From the NCBI GenBank assembly GCA_951406725.2, contig OX597818.1, positions 147,126,001 to 147,190,000 of the forward strand: DNA of 64,000 bases, given 5' to 3'. Within the stretch, counting starts at the first letter, position 1, and every line of letters starts with the position of its first letter. The position numbers were made by a program, and so were the translations under genes. A model generated the notes under the pieces. That model saw only the letters and a list, made by a program, of their open reading frames with translations, had not been told where the DNA came from and ran no database searches. The stretch comes from Octopus vulgaris (lineage: Eukaryota). Of the stretch, positions 55,033 to 64,000 are shown in pieces.

Positions 55033-55250
55033 TTTGGAAATAAAATGGCTAAATGAAACCACGAAGGCTATGAGAATTTTTCTTTTAAATTTTGCCCACA
55101 AGGGGCAAAATTTTGTGTCGATATTTATCAAAGGTTTACAGTGGATGTTGTTGCACAACTTTTAAGCACAAAATGTTTGTCAATATACACTTTTGAAACG
55201 TACAAAAATACCAACTTACGTGGAGCCCATTTGACTTGCGTCCGTCTGTC

Positions 55251-55310
<60 letters not shown>

Positions 55311-55341
55311 TGATAGATAGGTAGGTAGGTAGGTAGGTAGG

Positions 55342-55391
<50 letters not shown>

Positions 55392-55392
55392 T

Positions 55393-55429
<37 letters not shown>

Positions 55430-55475
55430 CAGACAGATAGATAGATGGATGGATGGATGGATGGACGGACGGACA
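55251..55475. repeat. compound (GATA)n/(GGTA)n/(GATG)n microsatellite, 5' flank of the array
   Basis: Direct reading. Confidence 0.95.
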
Positions 55476-55878
55476 GCAGCAGCAGCAGTAATAACATGAC
55501 CAGCAGCCACGGCCACTCCTCAAAACTAGCACAATTGATGAAAGACCATTCACTGTCCAGCTATCTACTCTTTTCCTTTTCTCTGAATACTACAATTGAC
55601 ACATCATCATCATCATCATCATTACCATGCTACTACCATAACCACCACCACTACTACTCTAATTAGTGAGGAATCACGCCTTTCTTTCCACCACTGTCCA
55701 CCTCAATCTGAACGTATACCTCACAGCTCCACGATGAATCTGTCAACTGTAAATAAAGCACTCTGAACGCATGAAACCCCCAAAATATGCATCCGCAGTA
55801 ACTGTAGCGTCACTCATTTACCTGCGACAAGACGTACAGTTTGTACAAGCAACACCAACTAACGCTAAAGTACATCTT

Positions 55879-55971
55879 ACACCACCACCACCACCACCAA
55901 TACCACCACCACCACCACCACCACCATCACCACCACCACCACCACCACCACCACCACCACCACCACCACCA
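55879..55971. repeat. (ACC)n trinucleotide repeat
   Basis: Direct reading. Confidence 0.95.
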
Positions 55972-56070
55972 CTTGTATGTGATTGTTTTTCGAACTGTTT
56001 CTTTGTCGTCCTTCTATGCAATTTTTGGCGATCTTTCGTTTGTAGTAAGTAGAACGTTTCCGTCGATGAT

Positions 56071-56845
56071 TTCCGTAAAAAACTTTTATTTTTTTACATA
56101 TGGGCTTGCGGGAACATTTGAAGTAATGAGAGCGAAAGAGACTAAGAGAAAGCGATTTTATGACGAGGGAATTTGTTTTGAAGTTACCGAAGCATTGATG
56201 TACATGTGTGTGTGTGTGTGTGTTTGATGGGGTGTGGGAGACAGACAGTATGTTGTGTAAGTGAAGTGCTTCTGTTAGTTTGTGTGAAGAGACAAATTTT
56301 TTACTCGGTGTATGTGTATATGTATGTATGTATGCATGTATGTGTGTGTGTGTATGTATCTATGTACGTGTGTGTGTATGTATGTATGTATGGCCGATTC
56401 AGTGTACACTGAATCGGCCATACATACATCCATACACACACACGTACATAGATACATACACACATACATACACACACACATACATAGATACATACACACA
56501 CACATACATAGATACATACACACACACACATACATGCATACATACATATACACATACACCGAGTAAAAAATTTCAGTTATCTCTCTCTTTCACACATTAC
56601 TCTCTCTGTCTCTTCACACAAACTAACAGAAGCACTTCACTTACACAACATACTGTCTGTCTCCCACACCCCATCAAACACACACACACGCGCGCGCACA
56701 CACACACACATGTACATCAATGCTTCGGTAACTTCAAAACAAATTCCCTCGTCATAAAATCGCTTTCTCTTAGTCTCTTTCGCTCTCATTACTTCAAATG
56801 TTCCCGCAAGCCCATATGTAAAAAAATAAAAGTTTTTTTACGGAA
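56071..56845. repeat. ~775-bp spacerless palindrome
   Basis: Centre ggccgattcagtgtacactgaatcggcc (axis 56405/56406). Arms are complementary out to ttccgtaaaaaac / gtttttttacggaa. Confidence 0.9.
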
Positions 56846-56915
56846 TGGCAACCCTAGTCTGAACCGGTTTCGACCAGACTGAATCGGTTTGATGAAGATA
56901 TAATGATATTTGATG

Positions 56916-56989
<74 letters not shown>

Positions 56990-57018
56990 TGTATGTATGT
57001 ATGTATATATATTTGATG

Positions 57019-57072
<54 letters not shown>

Positions 57073-57639
57073 TGTGATAAATAAAAATATATGCATACAT
57101 ACAAACATATATGTACGTACATACATCTACATGTATATATACATGCATATATAAATAATTATACGTGAGTACAGGACACCACAACAAGACGTAGAAACGG
57201 GAAAAACAAAAAAAAAACAAGAAAACGAAAAAACAGTTACAGGACGTGCTACACAAGGAAAAAAACCCCGTCATCAGCTGTCGCTAGTAGACTCAAGCAT
57301 GTTTCGAAGGCAAGACAGAACACTAATCCACTGGGCCTTCCTGCGAGAGAATTAAAATAAAATTCCAAGCAGCGGGGCAAAATGAGTACGAACACGAACA
57401 AGACGTAACAATAAAACTGCAAAAAAATAAAAATGCATGTACAAAAAATACAAATAAATACAAAACGAGAAAATAAAAAGAGAATACGATACGGGAAATC
57501 AAACACACAGAGGACGAACGAAAAAGCCTTTTTTTTCGGGCATAGACGAAAGATACTGTGGCAGCGCCATATCTTCATCAAGCCTCTTCATCAAACCGAT
57601 TCAGTCTGGTCGAAACCGGTTCAGACTAGGGTTGCCATT
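56844..57639. repeat. segment bounded by ~55-bp perfect inverted repeats that include a hAT-type terminus
   Basis: aatggcaaccctagtctgaaccggtttcgaccagactgaatcggtttgatgaaga versus its reverse complement at about 57585-57639. Confidence 0.8.
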
Positions 57640-58590
57640 CATCAAATAATAAAACATCCAGATTATTTGCTGCAAAAACCTCAGATCCTATTTTATAAAC
57701 CCAAATGTTAGAAAATAGGTACATAATTGGTAATTTAGTGATAAAATATGTTATATGACAAAATGAATACAGAATTTAATACTTACTTTATATCATATGG
57801 TAGCTAATTGTCAGTTTCGTACACATCCCACATCATCTTCATTCACTCCTTCAATGGTGACAGACTCGTTTTCTTCCTTTCTGAAGTTCAATCTACGATG
57901 ACAAGACCCATCCACTACATTTTTAATAAGTTTAGCATTCGACTCCCAAGAAATGCATTCGGCTCCCTTTCTTGTAATTACTTGTTTAGCCAGTAGACGA
58001 CCAGTGATCGTTTCCGCCTTCAACCTATTAGTGAACTTTGCCTTTGCGCAATTTACTTGGGAAAATATGCGCTCCACGCACGCTGATGAATGAGGTAACA
58101 CCGTTAAATTAGTAATGAATTGTGACAGCTTCTCAAATTTAGAGTGGTCAAGCCCGTCTTTAAGACCGCGTATGGAATACCAGAATTCAGGGATGCTTTT
58201 TAAGAAAACATGAATATCTTTATATTGTCGAAATAATCTCCACTTATCGTCTAGTTCAAGTGTGTTTTCTGGTGCAATTGTTGCAAAGTTTGATGCCAAG
58301 GGAATTATCGACTGAGAAAAGTTAATGAGATCGCGCGCTACTTTTGGGTCAAATATTTATAAGAGGGCAGACACTCCAGTTTGATCGAGAGAAAGGCGCA
58401 TATTTATTTGAGAGCATAATTCTATTAAAAATCAATTTTGAATCTAGCTGAGTCACCAACGATGGGGTTTTGTTCTAGATATCTCATAGCGCATCCACCC
58501 AGGTAAATATCACTCATATCTTTGTGATTTGTTGTGTTATGAAGATCAATATCTGATAGTTTAGATACAGCTAAAACATCCTCTGTCAAC
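57627..58590 (-). mobile_element. hAT transposon 3' remnant with transposase dimerization domain (57811-58299)
   Basis: EFWYSI...LTVLPHSSACVERIFSQVNCAKAKFTNRL is the hAT C-terminal motif. Terminus tagggttgcca at 57627. Confidence 0.85.
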
Positions 58591-59489
58591 TACCTACTGT
58601 CTGTCATTATTCCTCTCCGTCCTCTTTCTTCCTACTTGCTCTTTCGAAACCTTCTCTACTCGGCCAAGTTTATCTCTCTTCCTTCACTTTTTGGTGCCAC
58701 GAGAAAAGAATATGTGGAAAGATAGTCATGACGCGAATACTCTCCCTTTCTTATCGTTGAAGAGAAACAGGACTACTTGCCTCCACAATAAGATTTTAGC
58801 AAGAAAAGCTGTACATTGCCGTACGTTTAGCAAGACTGAGAAAACTGGAATTGGATCAAGTAAATACTCAGCTCTGAGTGAAAATCCCATGACTCAAGGC
58901 TAAAGTGAATGCTTTGCTTTTTATATGACAATACAACTTCATAGAATGAAGCAGAATTTTCACACTCGTAATTGCTGAATATGTGAATATTATGAGAAAG
59001 CAAAGGATCAGAACGTGTCTAGGCTTGGATTACTCGAAATACATTTTTTATTAAATTTATATCCTATTGCTTTTGTATTGTGCTTTCTGATATTGTGCAA
59101 CCCATGATTCCGAGGCTTTTACGCAAAATATTGATATTCTAAACTATGAGCATTGCGATCTAATCTCAGAATATTGTGATTTTTACATTTGCTACAAGTA
59201 TTTGATATCTGCGCCTATTTTTCATTAACTTATGTATCTGTCACCTGATCCTGCTCGTATAATACTCTTTACGTTTCTGAGCTCAAATCCTGCCGTGTTC
59301 AGCTTTGTATTTCATCCTTCCAGGGTCCAAAGCATGTAGCACTTGTCAAGTACCGAGGTCTTTCGCCCGCATTTCAGGGCTCGTGGCTGTATTAGAAATA
59401 ATTATCAGACTGTATTGAAGAAGGGCAATGGATTGGCAGAATCGTTGAGACATCGGACAAAATACTTTCTGCTTTTTCTTTTTCTTTTT

Positions 59490-59935
59490 TCTTTTTATTT
59501 GTTTCAGTCATCTGACTGCGGCCATGCTGGAACACCACCTTTAGTCGAGCAAATCGACCCCAGGACTTATTCTTTTGTAAACCTAGTACTTATTCTATCG
59601 GTCTCTTTTGCTGAACCGCTAAGTGACGGGGACGTAAACACACCAGCATCGGTTGTCAAGCGATGTTGGGGCCGACACAAACACACACACACGCATATAT
59701 ATATATATATATATATATAATATAAGGGATATTAGCCAACCGAATATGGCTAGGGACAGGGCAGGGTGGTGATATATATACGACGGGCTTCTTTCAGTTT
59801 CCGTCTACCAAATCTACTCACAAGGTATTGGTCGGCTCGAGGCTATAGTAGAAGATGCCCTAGGTGCCATGCAGTGGGATTAAAACCAGAACCATGTGGT
59901 TGGTAAGCAAGCTACTTACCACATAGCCACTCCTG
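59490..59935 (-). mobile_element. tRNA-derived SINE (family 1)
   Basis: Same head, body and tail as the other copies. Confidence 0.85.
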
Positions 59936-60042
59936 CTCTTTACGTTCTAAATTCAAATTCAAAGGCTTTTTTTCCCACCTTCCCTCATCCCTGGGGTCGA
60001 TAAAAATAAGCAACCAGTTAAGAGTGGATGTAATCAACTAAG

Positions 60043-60078
<36 letters not shown>

Positions 60079-61411
60079 GCCGCCCGCAAAAATTTAACTT
60101 CCTCAGGTATTTCCAACTGTATGACAGGCTTCGCCTCGATCACCCAAATATACCAATGTGGACTTAGTCAAATCGCAGTTAGTTATCCAGGTCATACTTA
60201 GATAGGTTTTTTTATTAGGCTAGCAGATAGACATAGTATAGGTTGCCCACATTTTCAGATCGCCGAATTCTTTTCGATGAGTGGCATTCTTGACACGGTG
60301 GGCTTTGGGGCTTAAGTCGAGGGTATGCTGTGTCTATCGGACAAAGATATCGAGTGCTGCGAGAAGCCGTTTTCAGTGGAGGAAGTGGAAGATGTACTGG
60401 ACCGCTCCAGAACTATATGCCACATGTCGGACTTGTTTGCACCGGTTTTAGCAGCTGTCTACTGCTCCTGGCAACAAACGGGAATCATTCTCAGTCGTGT
60501 GAGTCGGGGAGTGGTGACGCTGCTGAGAAAGGATCCGAACAAGGAGGATGTGATTGAGAACTTCAGATCCATAACTCTTGTAAAGGGAACTGGTTGCTTC
60601 TTTACACTTTTGGGGTGCAACTTGGGTGCAACACAATTTCCTTTCTTTTTGTTTCTAGTAACTACCAGTCAGGAACGAAACGCAAGTTTAGAAATATATA
60701 CAATTCTTTATTCTCTTATTCAACAATGAAACACGATGGTATACTGGTATCCATTCTTACAACAATTCAGCATTAATAGAACAGGTTAAATACTAAGCGT
60801 CTGTGACAGGAGAATAGGATGATCACACGTTTGAAAATACGTCCTTTCTCTTCTATCGCCGTGTCTCAAGTCCCCGACGCTATTAAGGAACGCTATAGAA
60901 TTTATTCTTCAGTCTCTAGCGCATGTGCATGAGGGAACTTCCTTATGCCTTTCCAGAAGGTTCCAGAAGGTTCCAACCCCGCACACGCACACTGAAGGAT
61001 GACGTTGCGTGTGCGCACACTGGAATATGACGTCACTACAAAGGCTCCCCTCGAGTGCGGAAGCACGAAACAAAATTCCTTGTAGTGGCTTCAGAATATA
61101 AGGTGGATACCGAATCACCAAAATGGCACACAATATGACAAATTAAAACAAAAATCCATAATATAAACAAGCATGCAGCAAAGGAAAAGAAAAAATAATA
61201 CTCAAATGAACAAAGTTCAATTAGTATCGTAACTGTCACTAGGAAGTCAATTGAGAATGTTAGATATAAATCATCTTTTAAAGTTTCCTCGGCCAGTGAA
61301 CAGTTCTGCCTGACCTCGTAACATAAGGTTTGTTCGAGGCGGGCTGCGACGACGAAGATGGTGTTGCCGATGTTGGTGTTGTCAAAGGTGCATGTGTAAA
61401 TGGTGGTGCTG

Positions 61412-61920
61412 TCAAATGTGCATGTGTGAATAGGAATAGCTTCCGGCCAACGTGAGAAACGATCGATAAAAGTTAAATATATATGAGAACCCGTTACTCA
61501 CAGGCCATGGTCCAAACAAATCAAGGTGGACATGGCGAAAACGGGCCTCAGGAGAAGAAAACTGTCCAAGTGGAGCACGAACGTGTCCATGGACCCTAGC
61601 ACTCTGGCACTTCAAACAAGAGCGTGCCCAAGAGGTAATCGATCGTCGCATATTGGGCCAAAAGAACTGTGGCAGAGATACCCGGATGTGACAATGAATG
61701 AAGAGCATCAAAAACAGAACGTTGATGTTTCTCAGGTACTAACGGTCTAGGAGAACCGGTGGATACGTCACAAAGAATAGAGCCTTCTGCTGAAGGGAGC
61801 GGACGGTAGGCAAATTTACAATTGATAAACTTGGGCGAAGTTAAATCCAACTCCGCTAAAGGTGGTTGATCCTGCGAAATAGCAGTTAACTCAATTGCTG
61901 CAGGAGAGGAAATAGAATTG
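61412..61920 (-). pseudogene. Gypsy integrase N-terminal fragment (HHCC zinc domain and start of core)
   Basis: ALHSLSHPGISAT...FFWPNMRRSITSWARSCLKCQ...FRHVHLDLFGP, frameshifted. Confidence 0.88.
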
Positions 61921-63105
61921 ACAGATTGATCGCTAGTAACTCAAAAGGCAGACAGTGCTTCAGCTGAAAGAGTAAGGTTAGCAAGGGCGACAGTGTAAGC
62001 ATGCTGGAGTGATGCGCGAGACAGATAATTTTCTCTGTTAATTATGTGACCAACAGGGGTCTAACAGGGGGAAATTATGCCTAAACATGCGCGCAGCGCA
62101 TGTGAACATCCGACGTTCTTTGAGTCGGGACACAGACGTGTTGCAAAACAAGGGAGTACACGTGCAGAACAGAGGTGCATGAGTGCAATAGGGCTTGCTA
62201 GGCTGAAATACAGTGTACAGTATTGAATATGCCAGTGATTAATGCAGTAAGGCTGAGGCTGCCAGCCAGTGCTTGAGCTATTATATGCCTCGGTCGTTCA
62301 GGAACAAAAGTGTGGCATGCTGGCGCGTTGTAAGGGACAAACAACTTTCTCTATGTATGCATGACCGACCTAGGGTCTTACAGAGATGAGTTGTGTCTAC
62401 AAGGGCACATTGAGCATGGAAAACAAGCGAGAAAGGTATGTGTGGCGTATGAATGTGACAGAGATAGCATTTGTGTGTGTATTAACTATGTGTGTTCGTG
62501 TGTGCGACAGAAGTACAAACAAGGTGTATGCGGGTAAAACAGAATACAGCGCATAGGAAAAGTCTCTCAGGGTATTTCAGACAAGATGGAGTTACTTTAC
62601 CAGTTAGTAGTTAAGTACAAAATAGTAGTTCGTTCTGTAACAGGATGTTGGGATCACAAGTGCAGATGCCGGTTGAACACATGTCGTGTAGCGGTTGTGG
62701 CTTCAATGCTGTGCCAGATCACATTGGTACAGAAGATCTCGCAGGTAGTGCTGTGCTGTTAATCTTGGTGTGTATACACGAACAGCGTGTAAGCTAAACT
62801 TCAGCGAGTTGCTGTGTACATATCGTTGAGGTCGACGGTGGTGAAGGCGACAGTGGTGGACTTGAGACACGTGGCTGCTCAGTTCGTAGTAAAGTACATA
62901 TTAGTGTTGCTGGCGACGAAGATGGAGACGACGTGAAGTTGAAGGACGACGATGGTGATGGCAACGGCAGAGAAAGGTATCGTTGAGATGAAGGCGTCCG
63001 TGGTGTAAATGTCCTGTGTTGCTGGTGTATGTTAGCGTCGTCATTATTGCGGAAGATAAGAGAGGCTCCTTTTATAACTGTTGGTAGAAACTAGATTTCA
63101 GTTAA

Positions 63106-63123
63106 ATCACGTCGGGGTCACCA
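63106..63123 (-). promoter_or_regulatory. primer-binding site complementary to the tRNA-Trp 3' end
   Basis: TGGTGACCCCGACGTGAT, 1 nt from the 5' LTR. The plus strand reads atcacgtcggggtcacca, the eukaryotic tRNA-Trp 3' terminus. Confidence 0.85.
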
Positions 63124-64000
63124 CTGTGAAGGGAACTGGTTGCTTCTTTACACTTTTGGGGTGCAACTTGGGTGCAACACAATTTCCTTTCTTTTTGTTT
63201 CTAGTAACTACCAGTCAGGAACGAAACGCAAGTTTAGAAATATATACAATTCTTTATTCTCTTATTCAACAATGAAACACGATGGTATACTGGTATCCAT
63301 TCTTACAACAATTCAGCATTAATAGGACAGGTTAAATCCTAAGCGTCTGGGACAGGAGAATAGGCTGATCACACGTTTGAAAATACGTCCTTTCGCTTCT
63401 ATCGCCGAGTCTCAAGTCCCCGACGCTATTAAGGAACGCTATAGAATTTATTCTTCAGTCTCTAGCGCATGTGCATGAGGGAACTTCCTTATGCCTTTCC
63501 AGAAGGTTCCAGAAGGTTCCAACCCCGCACACGCACACTGAAGAAGGACTTCCGCACACGCACACTGAAGGATGACGTTGCGTGTGCGCACACTGGAATA
63601 TGACGTCACTACACTCTACTCAACACTAAGTTAAAAACTTTAGCTAAGGTGCTCCTCAAGAGACTGCCGCTTGTTGTCGGTAGCATAATCGGGGATACAC
63701 AAACTTGTGCGATCCCCGGTAGATCTATCCACGACAATCTCCACCTCATCGAAGAACGTGTCAAGAATAGATCGAACTTTGGAGGGGCACTGGTCAGTTT
63801 GGTCCAGTCCAAAGCTTTTGACGAAGTGGACCATCGCTATCTAGTGACTTCCTAAAAGCTGTCGGTTTCGGTCCCGTCTTCAGAGGCTGGATCACCACCA
63901 TATATCGTGGCATCTGCTCGGTTGTCAAATTGAATGGCCACCTCACGGAAACTTTCAGTATTGAACCCTCGGTACATCAAGGTTTCCCCCTCTCCCCGCT

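Larger units (their letters stand above)
60579..63613 (-). mobile_element. non-autonomous Gypsy-type LTR retrotransposon (~3.0 kb)
   Basis: Two near-identical LTRs with TG...CA ends (60579-61040 and 63125-63613), 4-bp TSD CTCT, PBS and PPT on the minus strand, and only an integrase fragment inside. Confidence 0.93.
60105..64000 (+). mobile_element. old decayed Tx1-clade ORF2 fragment, split by an LTR element and continuing past the window end
   Basis: RLRLDHPNIPMWT...RSYLDRFF, CEKPFS...KDPNKEDVIENFRSITL, then after the LTR insertion LNTKLKTLAKVL...QTCAIPGRSIHDNLHL...QSKAFD. Confidence 0.85.

Noticed and set aside
52985-55165. Plus-strand V/L-rich ORFs overlapping ORF1
   Set aside because: Antisense shadows of ACA/AAC-rich low-complexity ORF1 codons.
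55771-56227. Poly-Pro, poly-His and poly-Gly ORFs
   Set aside because: Translations of an (ACC)n microsatellite.
57240-57350. Possible Penelope-type hammerhead ribozyme on the minus strand (CGAAAC...GTC, CTGATGA, gaaggc/gccttc stem)
   Set aside because: The core elements do not assemble into a canonical fold: the CUGANGA before stem II is degenerate and stems I and III are unconvincing. An Infernal search would be needed.

Overview
Repeat-rich, AT-rich eukaryotic genomic DNA. The tRNA-derived SINE families resemble those I know from octopus, so a cephalopod origin is inferred but not verified. One host gene can be reconstructed: a nanos gene on the minus strand with four phase-compatible coding exons (27052-26985, 11226-11184, 8462-8209, 6048-5793; about 206 aa, with an N-terminal NIM-like motif and a tandem CCHC finger). 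Its ~15.8 kb first intron holds a 125-bp satellite array, a Gypsy remnant and an orphan ITS1-5.8S rDNA fragment. The most striking structure lies at 42.6-55.5 kb: seven head-to-tail, co-oriented copies of a Tx1/L1-clade non-LTR retrotransposon. One copy is near full-length (6.2 kb) and six are 5'-truncated at different points. Every copy is bounded on both sides by (GATA)n/(TATC)n microsatellite, which points to a (GATA)n-targeting, self-nesting retroelement with an apparently polarized array and covarying 3'UTR hairpins. Also present: an R4-like RLE element associated with (TACA)n, a non-autonomous tRNA-Trp-primed LTR element inserted in an old Tx1 copy, hAT and Merlin remnants, several foldback elements, SINEs and microsatellites. 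All coordinates were read by eye and repeat boundaries are approximate.
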